A program made the position numbers and the translations under genes. A stretch of DNA of 64,000 nt, from positions 832,001 through 896,000 of the forward strand of contig CAVVLJ010000017.1 of assembly GCA_963749075.1 (NCBI GenBank). Reading direction: 5' to 3'. This DNA comes from an uncultured Pseudomonadota bacterium. GTDB taxonomy: Bacteria > Pseudomonadota > Alphaproteobacteria > JACZXZ01. This document shows, piece by piece, positions 49,775 through 59,367 of this stretch; positions within the stretch are counted from its first letter, which is position 1; each line of letters opens with the position of its first letter. The notes below the pieces were generated by a model, which worked only from the letters and a program-made list of their open reading frames with translations, was not told where the DNA came from and made no database searches.

Positions 49775-51415
49775 ATGAGGCGTATCGCATTGGGCTTTGC
49801 CTTGGCCGTCTCGGCCCTTGCGGTGTGGGCGTCGAGCCGGGCCGAGGCGCAGCAGCCGGCGGAGCCTCAACCGGGATGGATGGCGGACGCCAAGGGATGC
49901 CAGGTGTGGAACCCGGACCCGGCGCCCAATCAGAGCTTCAGCTGGAGCGGCGCCTGCAAGGACGGCTTCGCCGACGGCACGGGCGTGCTGCAGTGGTACG
50001 AGAACGGCAAGCCCACCGACCGCTACGAGGGCGGCTTCAGCACCGGCCACGCCAACGGCCATGCGATCTATGTCTGGGAGAACGGCGACCGCTTCGAGGG
50101 CGAGTTCAAGGACGACCTGCGCAACGGCTATGGCGTGGTCAAGTTCGCCGACGGCGACGTTTACAAGGGCATGTTCAAGGACGACCGGCGCCAGGGCTAC
50201 GGCACCGTCGTGTTCTCCAACGGCGACAGCTACGAAGGCGAATGGAAGGACGGGCTGGCCAACGGGCAAGGCACGCGCAAGGATGCCGACGGCGAGGTCT
50301 TCACCGGCATCTGGGTGAAGGGCTGCTTCCGCAAGGGCGACCGCCTGGCCTGGATCGGCGCCGACGAGGCGGACTGCAGGAGGATGCCGCAGTATCAGCA
50401 GCCGACGCAGGAAGCCCAAGCGCCGACGGCCCAGGCATCGCCGGCGCAAGGACAGCCGGCGCAGCCCGCGCAGGCAGCGCCCGCCCAGCCCACGCCCACG
50501 CAGACGCCGCCCGCGCAAGCGGCGCAGGCGCAGCCTCAGCCCGCTCAGCCGCAGCCTGCCGCGCAACCGCCGCAACAGCCCGCGCCGCAGCCGGCGCCTC
50601 AGGCTGGCCAGACGCCATCGGTGCAGGTCGAGACCCTGCCGCCGCCGTCTCAGGCGCAGCCGGGACAGGCACCGCCGCCTCAGGCACAGCCCCCTCAGGC
50701 ACAGCCCCCTCAGGCACAACCGCCTCAGGCGCCGCCACCTCCGCAAGTGCAGCCGCAGCAGCCGGCTGAGGCGCCGCCGGCTCAGCCGCAAGCGCCGCCG
50801 CAGCAGGTCCAGGCCCCTGCCCCGCCACCGCCGGTCGCGTGGATCGCCACAACGGCCGGATGCCGGGTGCGCAACCCGGAGCCGAAGCCGAACGAAAGCG
50901 TGAGCTGGAGCGGCCGCTGCGCAAACGGCGTCGCCACGGGGACCGGCCGGCTGCAATGGTTCCTCGCCGGCCGCCCGAGCGAGCGCTATGACGGCCTCAT
51001 GAGCGAGGGCCGCCCGGACGGGCGCGGCATCTATGTCTGGGCCAACGGCACCCGCTACGAGGGCGAGTTCAAGGACGGCGCCCAGAGCGGCCGCGGCAGC
51101 AAGCTGTGGAGCAACGGCGACCGCTACGACGGCGAGTTCAACGACAGCAAGCGGGACGGCAAGGGGCTCTTCGTATGGGTCAGCGGCGACCTCTACGACG
51201 GCGAATGGAAGGCCGGCGTGCGCAGCGGCGAGGGCGTCTATGTCTGGGTCGGCGGCAATCGCTATCAGGGCGCCTGGAGCGACGGCAAGGCGAACGGCAC
51301 GGGCACCTTTACCGAGGCGGGCGGCGAGATCTACTCGGGCAACTGGTCGCAGGGCTGCTTCCGCGACGGCCAGCGCTGGGCCGCGGTCGGAGCGGATCCG
51401 GCCGCCTGCAAGTGA
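49775..51415 (+). CDS. Secreted protein with two MORN-repeat modules and a Pro/Gln-rich linker
   Basis: Signal peptide; MORN repeats on both sides of a long P/Q/A low-complexity linker. Confidence 0.88.
   Translation: MRRIALGFALAVSALAVWASSRAEAQQPAEPQPGWMADAKGCQVWNPDPAPNQSFSWSGACKDGFADGTGVLQWYENGKPTDRYEGGFSTGHANGHAIYVWENGDRFEGEFKDDLRNGYGVVKFADGDVYKGMFKDDRRQGYGTVVFSNGDSYEGEWKDGLANGQGTRKDADGEVFTGIWVKGCFRKGDRLAWIGADEADCRRMPQYQQPTQEAQAPTAQASPAQGQPAQPAQAAPAQPTPTQTPPAQAAQAQPQPAQPQPAAQPPQQPAPQPAPQAGQTPSVQVETLPPPSQAQPGQAPPPQAQPPQAQPPQAQPPQAPPPPQVQPQQPAEAPPAQPQAPPQQVQAPAPPPPVAWIATTAGCRVRNPEPKPNESVSWSGRCANGVATGTGRLQWFLAGRPSERYDGLMSEGRPDGRGIYVWANGTRYEGEFKDGAQSGRGSKLWSNGDRYDGEFNDSKRDGKGLFVWVSGDLYDGEWKAGVRSGEGVYVWVGGNRYQGAWSDGKANGTGTFTEAGGEIYSGNWSQGCFRDGQRWAAVGADPAACK
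50678..50730 (+). repeat. 15-bp tandem repeat (PQAQP) in the linker
   Basis: CCTCAGGCACAGCCC twice plus degenerate copies. Confidence 0.75.
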
Positions 51416-51440
51416 GGCGGCTCAGGAGCGCGTAAGCCCG

Positions 51441-51767
51441 TCAGCGCCGCCGTGCCGCCGCCCGCGCGAGATAGGCCGCGAACCAGGCGAGCAGCAGCGG
51501 GAGCAGCGCGAGCGCCAACATGGCCTCGTAATTCTCCGCGTGGAAGCGCATCTCGCTTGCATAAGCCTGGTCGGCGGCGTCTTGGCAAAACTTCGCCTTG
51601 TCCGCCTCGCCGGTCGCGTATTTCTCGCACATGTGGCGCGTGGCCTCGGCGTAGAAGTGGGCGCGCGCCGGGCTCGGCCTGTGGCTCTCCACGTAATACA
51701 CGAGGGCAGCCAGGAACCAGGCAACCGACAGCAGGATGGCGATGAGCCGCCGCCGCCGCGCGGACAC
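51441..51767 (-). CDS. Small two-TM hypothetical protein
   Basis: GTG with AAGGAG RBS; two hydrophobic segments around a loop with two Cys. Confidence 0.6.
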   Translation of the reverse strand: MSARRRRLIAILLSVAWFLAALVYYVESHRPSPARAHFYAEATRHMCEKYATGEADKAKFCQDAADQAYASEMRFHAENYEAMLALALLPLLLAWFAAYLARAAARRR

Positions 51768-51873
51768 GACGGTCAGCTCCTTGACCTCGATGAACGCGCC
51801 ATCGTCGCGATCCCGCAGCACTCCGCTTCGCGCATCGAGGGGAGGGCGCGCCCTGCGCCCATGAGGCCGGGCG

Positions 51874-54441
51874 TCAGCTGGTGAAGCGCTGCCACCAGCC
51901 GCGCTTCTTCGGCAGCTGCGCCTCCTCGTCGCGGCCGACCTCGATGACCGGCATCGCCGGCGGCCGCTCCGGGTCGGCGGCGGCGCCGTCCACGGGTGCC
52001 GTCTCCGCCGCCGCAAGGGGGCTCTCTTGCACCTCCTCGTGGCGGGGCGCCTGGTGCTGCTGCGGCTGCGGGGGCAGAGCCGGTGCGGGGACATGCTCGT
52101 GGGCCGCCGCCGGCTCGTCCACCGTCACCCAGGCGGGTGCTGCGGGCGCATGTTCGACAGGCGCCGCCGGCTCGTGCACCGTGACCCACGCGGCCGCGGC
52201 GGGGGCATGCTCGACGGCTGCCGCCGGCTCGCGCGCCTCGCTCCAGTCGGGTGCCGCGGGCGTCTCGGGGGTGGGGGCGGCGGCGGGCTCGCCGAGCGGC
52301 TGCTCGCTGCGCCGGCGGCGGCCGCCGCGCCGGCCGCGGGCACGGCGGCGGCGGTTCTCGCGCTCGGCAGCACCAAGCGGCGGCTGTGCTAAGGGCTCGG
52401 GCGGCGCTGCGGCGGCACCCTCGGCGCCCTCCTCCGGCCCCGCGCCGGGCTCGTCCGCGAAGAACGGCAATTCCGCGGCATCCTCCGAGGGGTCCAGGGC
52501 ATCGCGGCCCGCTGCTGCGGCCCCGGCGGCCGCGCTGTCCTCCTCGCCGCCGCGACGGCGCCGCCGGCGCCGGCGGCGGCGCTTGCGGACCTCGCCAGCC
52601 TCGCCCTGGGGACGCTCCACCGCAGCCTCGACGGCCACGGCCTCACGCTCGGCCGGGCTCTCGGGCGCGCTCTCGGCCGTGCTCTCGGGCGCGCTCTCGG
52701 CCGTGCTCTCGGGCGCGCTCTCCGGGAGCTCCTCCGGCTCCGGCGCCGGGGCGGCCTCGAGGCCGGCCGCGCCGCTGACGGTCTCATGGCTCACCGGTGC
52801 GAGGACCTGCTCGTCGGCGGCGGCGAGCTTGACGCGCTCGAGGCGGTAGGCGGGAGGCACGAGAGCGTCGTCGGTGTCGACGAAGACGCTGAAGCGGTAG
52901 CGCCGCTCGAGGTCGGCGAGCGTGGCGCGCTTCTGGTTGAGGATGTAGAGCGCCACCGCCGTCGGCACCGTCAAGCGGAGCTCGGCGCTGCGCTGGCGGA
53001 TGCCCTCCTCCTCGAGCCCGCGCAGCACGTGCAGGACCGTCGATTCGGTCGAGCGCACCCAGCCCGAGCCGGCGCATTGCACGCAGTGCATCATGGTGGC
53101 CTCGATGAGGCTCGGCCGCAGGCGCTGGCGGGAGAGCTCGAGAAGGCCGAAGGGGCTGATGCGCCCGATCTGGATGCGCGCGCGGTCGGCGCGCATCGCC
53201 TCCTTGAGGCGGCGCTCGACCGCCGTGTTGTTGCGCTGCTCCTCCATGTCGATGAAGTCGATGACCACGAGACCGGCGAGATCCCTCAAGCGGAGCTGGC
53301 GCGCGATCTCCTCCGCCGCCTCGAGATTGGTCCTGAGCGCCGTCTCCTCGATGTTGCGCTCCTTGGTGGAGCGGCCGGAATTCACGTCGATCGAGACGAG
53401 CGCCTCGGTCGGCGTGATGACGATGTAGCCGCCCGACTTGAGCTGCATGGACGGGCTGTAGATCAGGTCGATCTGGCTCTCCACCTGGAAGCGGTGGAAG
53501 AGCGGGATGACGTCGTCCTTGTAGGAGTGCACGCGCTTGGCGTGGCTCGGCGTGAGCACGCGCATGAACTCCTTGGCGGCGCGGTAGCCCTCCTCGCCCT
53601 CGACCTGGATCTCGTCGATGTCGCGGTCGTAGAGGTCGCGGATCGCGCGCTTGATGAGATTGGCCTCCTCGTAGATGAGGGCCGGCGCCGTCGACTTGAG
53701 CGTGAGATCGCGGATCTCGTCCCACAGGCGCATGAGGTACTCGAGGTCGCGCTTGATCTCGGCCTTGCTGCGCTCCATGCCGGCGGTGCGCACGATGACC
53801 GACATGCCCTCGGGAATCTCGAACTCCTCGAGGATGCTCTTGAGCCGGCGGCGGTCCTTGAGGTCGGTGATCTTGCGCGAGATGCCGCCGCCGCGCGGCG
53901 TATTGGGCATCAAGACGCAATAGCGCCCGGCGAGCGAGAGGTAGGTGGTGAGCGCTGCACCCTTGTTGCCGCGCTCCTCCTTGACGACCTGCACCAGCAT
54001 GATCTGCCGGCGCTTGATCACCTCCTGGATCTTGTAGTGCCGCGGTGCTCGGAAGCGGCGGGGTGCTACCTCCTCGATATCGTCGCCGCCGACGGTCTCC
54101 ACCTCCTCGCCCTCGCCGCCCTCGCCGCCGCCGCCCTCGGAGGAGCGCTCGGCATAGGCGCGGTCCTGCTCGAGAAGCGCCTCGCGGTCGGCGATCGGGA
54201 TGCGGTAGTAGTCGGGATGCACCTCGTTGAAGGCGAGGAAGCCGTGGCGGTTGCCGCCGTAGTCGACAAAGGCCGCCTGCAGCGACGGCTCGACGCGCGT
54301 CACCTTGGCAAGATAAATGTTGCCCTTGAGCTGTTTCTTGGTGGCGGTTTCGAAATCGAAGTCTTCGAGACGGTTACCCTTCAGCACCGCCACCCGCGTT
54401 TCCTCGGGGTGGGCGGCGTCGATCAGCATACGCATTGCCAT
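51874..54441 (-). CDS. rne: Ribonuclease E
   Basis: MLIDAAHPEETRV, KGNIYLAKVTRVEPSLQAAFV, SIDVNSG, IDFIDM, CxxC Zn-link, disordered C-terminal domain ending KKRGWWQR. Confidence 0.96.
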   Translation of the reverse strand: MAMRMLIDAAHPEETRVAVLKGNRLEDFDFETATKKQLKGNIYLAKVTRVEPSLQAAFVDYGGNRHGFLAFNEVHPDYYRIPIADREALLEQDRAYAERSSEGGGGEGGEGEEVETVGGDDIEEVAPRRFRAPRHYKIQEVIKRRQIMLVQVVKEERGNKGAALTTYLSLAGRYCVLMPNTPRGGGISRKITDLKDRRRLKSILEEFEIPEGMSVIVRTAGMERSKAEIKRDLEYLMRLWDEIRDLTLKSTAPALIYEEANLIKRAIRDLYDRDIDEIQVEGEEGYRAAKEFMRVLTPSHAKRVHSYKDDVIPLFHRFQVESQIDLIYSPSMQLKSGGYIVITPTEALVSIDVNSGRSTKERNIEETALRTNLEAAEEIARQLRLRDLAGLVVIDFIDMEEQRNNTAVERRLKEAMRADRARIQIGRISPFGLLELSRQRLRPSLIEATMMHCVQCAGSGWVRSTESTVLHVLRGLEEEGIRQRSAELRLTVPTAVALYILNQKRATLADLERRYRFSVFVDTDDALVPPAYRLERVKLAAADEQVLAPVSHETVSGAAGLEAAPAPEPEELPESAPESTAESAPESTAESAPESPAEREAVAVEAAVERPQGEAGEVRKRRRRRRRRRRGGEEDSAAAGAAAAGRDALDPSEDAAELPFFADEPGAGPEEGAEGAAAAPPEPLAQPPLGAAERENRRRRARGRRGGRRRRSEQPLGEPAAAPTPETPAAPDWSEAREPAAAVEHAPAAAAWVTVHEPAAPVEHAPAAPAWVTVDEPAAAHEHVPAPALPPQPQQHQAPRHEEVQESPLAAAETAPVDGAAADPERPPAMPVIEVGRDEEAQLPKKRGWWQRFTS
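52657..52721 (-). repeat. 24-bp tandem repeat (ESAPESTA, ~2.7 copies) in the RNase E tail
   Basis: GCTCTCGGGCGCGCTCTCGGCCGT repeated exactly twice plus a partial copy. Confidence 0.85.
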
Positions 54442-54904
54442 CAGGCAGGCTCTCCGGCGCACGCCGCTTCGGCGACCCGCGCGAACAACGGGCGGCAGCG
54501 TGCCTTGGCTATGCGGAGCGGGTTCCCGCGGGCTCTACCCGCCGAACACGGCACCCGCAAAAGAGAGCAGGGCCATGACGGGGATCGCGTCAGGCGACCG
54601 CTTTCGCGGTCACGGTTGAACCCGTCTCCGAATGTTCCACACATCGCCCGCAGCTTGACCGGCATGCCGGGCCTCGGCGGCCAGGGCCGCCCCGATCGTC
54701 AAGGGGGCCCCGCCCGCGCGCCTGCCCGGCAGTACGCGGCGCCCGCCCTAGAGATGCGGGCTAGGCGGCTGCGGCGGTTCGCATGCCTAACATACCGGGC
54801 GCAGCGCCCGGGAACAATTGAATATTATCGGGAGGCAACCCGGGCGGCCGGGCCGGCATGGCGGGTGGGGGTGCCGTGGGCGGCGGCTCGGCCGCGTCTT
54901 TTCA

Positions 54905-54933
54905 TTGCACTCCCGAGTCGCTATCCGTATATT
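54905..54933 (+). promoter_or_regulatory. sigma70-type promoter of amiC
   Basis: TTGCAC-17 nt-TATATT with a GAGTC (GANTC) in the spacer. Confidence 0.6.
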
Positions 54934-54944
54934 TGGTAGGCAGA

Positions 54945-56183
54945 ATGGAACGGAACCGCAACCTGTGGCGCGCCGGCCGGCTCACGGCGATCGCCGTAGC
55001 GCTTGCGCTCGCCTGCGGCGCCGTCCCCGGCCGGGCGCTTGCCCGTGTTGCGGCCGAGCCTGCCGCGACCGGCGTGCGCATCGCTGCCGTAACACCCGCT
55101 ACGCGCTTCGTCCTCGACCTCACAGCGGACGTGCCTTTCAAGGTCTACACCATGCGCGAGCCCTATCGCGTGGTGGTGGATCTGCCCGAGCTCACCTGGC
55201 GGGTGGCCGCCGCGGCCGCGGCGCAGCACGGCGGGGTGATCGAGCGTTTCCGCTTCGGCCTCTTCAGGCCGGGCACCTTCCGCGTCGTGCTCGACGTGAG
55301 CCGGCCGGTCGCCGTGCACGGTGCTATCGCGCTGCCGGCCCGCGGCAGCCGCGTTCGCCGCCTGGTGCTCGACCTCGTCCCGGTGAGCAAAAGCGAGTTC
55401 GACCGCAGCTACGTCGGCCCGCCGGCGCCCGAGCCGCCCGGCTTGCGGCCGCCGTCCGCGCCCGCGGAGAAGGCGAAGCCGGGCGACGGCAGGCACGTGG
55501 TGGCGATCGACCCCGGCCACGGCGGCGTCGATCCCGGAGCCACCGGCGTGAGCGGCACCTACGAGAAGGAGCTGACGCTGGCGGCCGCCAAGGAGCTCAA
55601 GCGCCAGCTCGAGACCGGCGGGCGCTACCGCGTCGTCCTCACGCGCGACAAGGACGTCTTCCTCACCTTGCGCGAGCGCGTGCAGGTCGCGCGCTCCGCC
55701 CATGCCGAGCTCTTCATCTCGCTCCACGCCGACAGCATCGGCAGCGACAACATCACGGGGAGCTCGGTCTACATGCTCTCGGACAAGGCCTCCGACGCGC
55801 AAGCCGCAGCGCTCGCCGCCGACGAGAACAAGTCCGACGTGATCGCGGGCGCCAACCTCAACGCGTACTCGGACGAGGTCGCGGACATCCTCATCGACCT
55901 CGCCCAGCGCGAGACCAAGAACGATTCCGCCAAATACGCGCACGAGCTCGTGCAGGAGCTCGACAAGAGCGGCCGCGTCCTCGAGCACGCCATCCGCTCG
56001 GCCGGCTTCGCGGTGCTGAAGGCGCCCGACGTGCCCTCGGTGCTGCTCGAGATGGGCTATCTCTCCAACCCCGCGGAGGAGCGCGAGTTGCGCGAGCCCG
56101 CCTATCGTGCCAAGCTGATGGCTGCGGTGAAGCGTGCGGTCGACCTCTACTTCGCGGAGCGCGACCGGTTGACGAAGTCATAA
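54945..56183 (+). CDS. amiC: N-acetylmuramoyl-L-alanine amidase (AMIN + Amidase_3)
   Basis: TRFVLDL..PYRVVVDLP AMIN domain; IDPGHGGVDPGA, EKELTL, FISLHADS, VLLEMGYLSN. Confidence 0.92.
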   Translation: MERNRNLWRAGRLTAIAVALALACGAVPGRALARVAAEPAATGVRIAAVTPATRFVLDLTADVPFKVYTMREPYRVVVDLPELTWRVAAAAAAQHGGVIERFRFGLFRPGTFRVVLDVSRPVAVHGAIALPARGSRVRRLVLDLVPVSKSEFDRSYVGPPAPEPPGLRPPSAPAEKAKPGDGRHVVAIDPGHGGVDPGATGVSGTYEKELTLAAAKELKRQLETGGRYRVVLTRDKDVFLTLRERVQVARSAHAELFISLHADSIGSDNITGSSVYMLSDKASDAQAAALAADENKSDVIAGANLNAYSDEVADILIDLAQRETKNDSAKYAHELVQELDKSGRVLEHAIRSAGFAVLKAPDVPSVLLEMGYLSNPAEERELREPAYRAKLMAAVKRAVDLYFAERDRLTKS

Positions 56184-56270
56184 CTCCGCCGCAATTAGTC
56201 GCCTAGCATGGCGCCCCGGCGCGCGCGTTCGGCGAGGCTTCGCGGGGCAGCGGACCACGGCTCGACCAGC

Positions 56271-58745
56271 ATGATGAAATCGATGCTCAAGCGGCTGCTG
56301 CGCGCGTTCGTGCTGGTGGCCGTGCTCGCTCTTCTCGCCGCCGGCGGGGCGGTCGCCCTCTTCTACCACTACGGCCGCGGCCTGCCCGACTATCACCAGC
56401 TCGCCGACTACGAGCCGCCGATCGCCACGCGCGTGCTGGCCGGCGACGGGCGGCTCCTCGCCGAATATGCCACCGAGCGCCGCGTCTTCGTGCCCATCGA
56501 GGCGGTGCCCAAGCGGGTGATCGAGGCCTTCCTCGCCGCCGAGGACCGCAACTTCTATAGCCACCCGGGCATCGACATCTTCTCGGTCATCCGTGCGGCG
56601 CTGCAGAACCTCATGCACCTCGGGCAGAACCGCCGGCCGGTGGGCGCCTCCACCATCACCCAGCAGGTCGCCAAGAACTTCCTCCTCACCAACGAGGTTT
56701 CCTTATCGCGCAAGATCAAGGAGGCGATCCTCGCCTTCCGCATCGAGGGCACCTTCACCAAGGAGCACATCCTCGAGCTCTACATGAACGAGATCTACCT
56801 GGGCGGCGGCTCCTACGGGGTTGCCGCCGCGGCGCTCAATTACTTCGACAAATCGCTCGACCAGCTCACGCTCTCCGAGGCCGCTTTCCTCGCAGCGCTG
56901 CCCAAGGCGCCCAACAACTACAACCCGAGCCGCTATCCCGAGGCCGCCAAGTCGCGGCGCGACTGGGTGATCGACCGCATGGCCGAGGACGGCTACGTGA
57001 GCGCCGGCGAGGCGGCCGCCGCCAAGCGCGAGCCGCTCGTCGCGCACAAGGGCGGCGAGCCCGAGTTCGCCAATGCCGGCTATTTCAGCGAGGAGGTGCG
57101 CCGCGAGCTCGTCAGCCGCTTCGGCGAGAAGGCGCTCTACGCGGGCGGCCTTTCGGTGCGCACCACCGTCGATCCCACCCTCCAGGGCTATGCGGACCAG
57201 GCGCTGAGGGACGGGCTCGTGGCCTACGACCGCCGTCACGGCTGGCGGGGTGCGCTCGGCAAGATCGAGATCGGCGCCAATGCGGACGACGGCGCCTGGG
57301 CAGCACCGCTCGCCGAGTTCCAGCGCCCGGTCGGCCTCGGCAAATGGCAGCTCGCGGTCGTGCTCGGCGTCGACGAGGCGGGTGCCGCCATCGGCCTCGG
57401 CAAGGGCGAGAGGGGCCGCATCCCCTTCGCTGAGCTCAAATGGGCGCGGCCGGAGCTTCCCGACCAGCGCACCGGCCCCCTGCCGCGCCGCGCCGCGGAC
57501 GTGCTCGCCAAGGGCGACGTGGTCGCGGTCGAGGCGGTCGACAAGGCGGCCGACGGCAAGCCTCTGCCGGCCGGGAGCTACGCGCTCCGCCAGATTCCCG
57601 AGCTGAGCGGCGCCATCGTGGTGCTCGACCCGCATACCGGCCGCGTGCTCGCCATGAGCGGCGGCTATCAGTTCGAGCGCGGGCGCGACGAATACGACCG
57701 CGCGGTGCAGGCCAAGCGGCAGCCCGGCTCGGCCTTCAAGCCCTTCGTGTACCTCACCGCCATGGACAACGGCTTCACCTCGTCGTCGCTGGTCCTCGAT
57801 GCGCCCTTCGTGATCGACCAGGGCCCGGGCCTGGGCAAATGGAAGCCGGCCAACTACGAGAAGAACTTCCACGGGCCGATGCCGCTGCGCTACGGCCTCG
57901 AGCATTCGCGCAACCTGATGACCGTGCGCCTCGCCCAGAGCATCGGCATGGACAAGGTGGCCGCTACCGCCGAGCGCTTCGGCATCGTCGACCAGATGCC
58001 GCCGGAGCTCGCCATGTCGCTCGGCGCCGGCGAGACGACGCTTCTGCGCCTCGGCACCGCCTACGGCGAGCTCGTCAACGGCGGCAAGAAGATCACGCCC
58101 ACGCTCATCGACTGGGTGCAGGACCGCCACGGCAAGCTCGTCTACCGCCACGACCAGCGCCCATGCCCCGAGTGCGACGACGTGAGCTGGCACGACCAGG
58201 ACGTGCCCGACATCCCCGATACGCGCCAGCAGCTCGACGATCCGCGCAGCATCTACCAGGTCGTCGCCATGATGCAGGGCGTCGTCGAGCGCGGCACGGG
58301 CGTGCGCGCGCGGATCCTGGGGAAGCCCGTGGCGGGCAAGACCGGCACCACCGACGACGACAAGGACACCTGGTTCCTCGGCTTCACCCCCGACCTCCTC
58401 TGCGGCGTCTACATGGGCTTCGATCAGCCGCGCACCCAGGGGCCGGGCGAGCAGGGCTCCTCGGTGGCGCTGCCGGTCTTCATCGATTTCATGCAGCAGG
58501 CGCTCAAGGACAAGCCCGCCATCCCCTTCCGCATCCCGCCCGGCCTCACCATGGCGCGCGTGCGCGAATCGGACGGCCTCGCCGCCGCACCCGGCGACAA
58601 GGGCATCGTGCTCGAGCCCTTCAAGCCCGGCACCGTGCCGCAGGCGGCAGGCCCGGTGCTCGACGGCAGCGTGGACGGCTCGGACACCGGCGAGCCGCCG
58701 CCCCGCGTGCCCGCCGCCTCCGAGGGCACGGGTGGGATTTATTGA
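56271..58745 (+). CDS. mrcA: Penicillin-binding protein 1A
   Basis: AAEDRNFYSH, GASTITQQVAKN, RKIKE; RQPGSAFKP (SxxK), SRN, GKTGT. Confidence 0.95.
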   Translation: MMKSMLKRLLRAFVLVAVLALLAAGGAVALFYHYGRGLPDYHQLADYEPPIATRVLAGDGRLLAEYATERRVFVPIEAVPKRVIEAFLAAEDRNFYSHPGIDIFSVIRAALQNLMHLGQNRRPVGASTITQQVAKNFLLTNEVSLSRKIKEAILAFRIEGTFTKEHILELYMNEIYLGGGSYGVAAAALNYFDKSLDQLTLSEAAFLAALPKAPNNYNPSRYPEAAKSRRDWVIDRMAEDGYVSAGEAAAAKREPLVAHKGGEPEFANAGYFSEEVRRELVSRFGEKALYAGGLSVRTTVDPTLQGYADQALRDGLVAYDRRHGWRGALGKIEIGANADDGAWAAPLAEFQRPVGLGKWQLAVVLGVDEAGAAIGLGKGERGRIPFAELKWARPELPDQRTGPLPRRAADVLAKGDVVAVEAVDKAADGKPLPAGSYALRQIPELSGAIVVLDPHTGRVLAMSGGYQFERGRDEYDRAVQAKRQPGSAFKPFVYLTAMDNGFTSSSLVLDAPFVIDQGPGLGKWKPANYEKNFHGPMPLRYGLEHSRNLMTVRLAQSIGMDKVAATAERFGIVDQMPPELAMSLGAGETTLLRLGTAYGELVNGGKKITPTLIDWVQDRHGKLVYRHDQRPCPECDDVSWHDQDVPDIPDTRQQLDDPRSIYQVVAMMQGVVERGTGVRARILGKPVAGKTGTTDDDKDTWFLGFTPDLLCGVYMGFDQPRTQGPGEQGSSVALPVFIDFMQQALKDKPAIPFRIPPGLTMARVRESDGLAAAPGDKGIVLEPFKPGTVPQAAGPVLDGSVDGSDTGEPPPRVPAASEGTGGIY

Positions 58746-58849
58746 GATCATGTTGCGGCTCGGGAGCCGCCGAGGGCACTGCCCGCGATCACCAGGCGGT
58801 GATCTCATTTCCAGCCGCACGCCGCCCCGCCGACTGCGGCGAATCGTAT

Positions 58850-58963
58850 AGTCCAATGGACTACAGGGAGTGATTGCCAGAGGCCGTCCATTGGACTAGA
58901 GCGTGGTCCAGTGAAATCGAATCGGGCATTCACATCGTCATTCCCGCGAGAGCGGAAATCCAG
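58850..58963. repeat. Cluster of palindromic/REP-like elements
   Basis: TAGTCCAATGGAC with inverted copy GTCCATTGGACTA; CGTCATTCCCGCGAGAGCGGAAATCCAG resembles a CGTC-type REP. Confidence 0.55.
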
Positions 58964-59000
58964 CTCATGCTCTGGCCGAGAGTTACGGCAGGAGACAACG

Positions 59001-59297
59001 ATGAGCAAGGTGGCTGACGGCATTCGTCGCGGTCTGGAGGACGCCGTGGCCTATGCCAAGGGCAGAGCGGACGAGAGCCGGTACCGCGTCCATGTGCCGA
59101 AGAAGATCGACGTGCGCGCCATCCGCGCGAGGCTGGGCATGACGCAGGAAGAATTCGCGCGACGCTTCGGCTTCAGCGTCAATACCCTGCGGCATTGGGA
59201 GCAGGGCAAGCGGCAGCCGGAGGGGCCGGCGCGCGCCTATCTCCTGGTCATCGACCGGGCGCCCAAGATCGTGCAGAGAGCATTGAAGGCGGCGTGA
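59001..59297 (+). CDS. XRE HTH antitoxin-like protein (HigA-2/NadS-like)
   Basis: IRRGLEDAVAYAKG..IDVRAIRARLGMTQEEFA..VNTLRHWEQGKRQPEGPARAYL; AGGAG RBS. Confidence 0.88.
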   Translation: MSKVADGIRRGLEDAVAYAKGRADESRYRVHVPKKIDVRAIRARLGMTQEEFARRFGFSVNTLRHWEQGKRQPEGPARAYLLVIDRAPKIVQRALKAA

Positions 59298-59367
59298 GGG
59301 CGCGGGCGCAGGAATATTCGGGCGAATGGCCCTTGCCCAATGGGGCCTCCCGCTCTAAGACAACGCC

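Noticed and set aside
48834-51415. Periodic nucleotide repeats (CGCTACGAGGGCGAGT..) as a possible CRISPR array
   Set aside because: They are in-frame MORN coding repeats, degenerate, with no unique spacers or cas genes.
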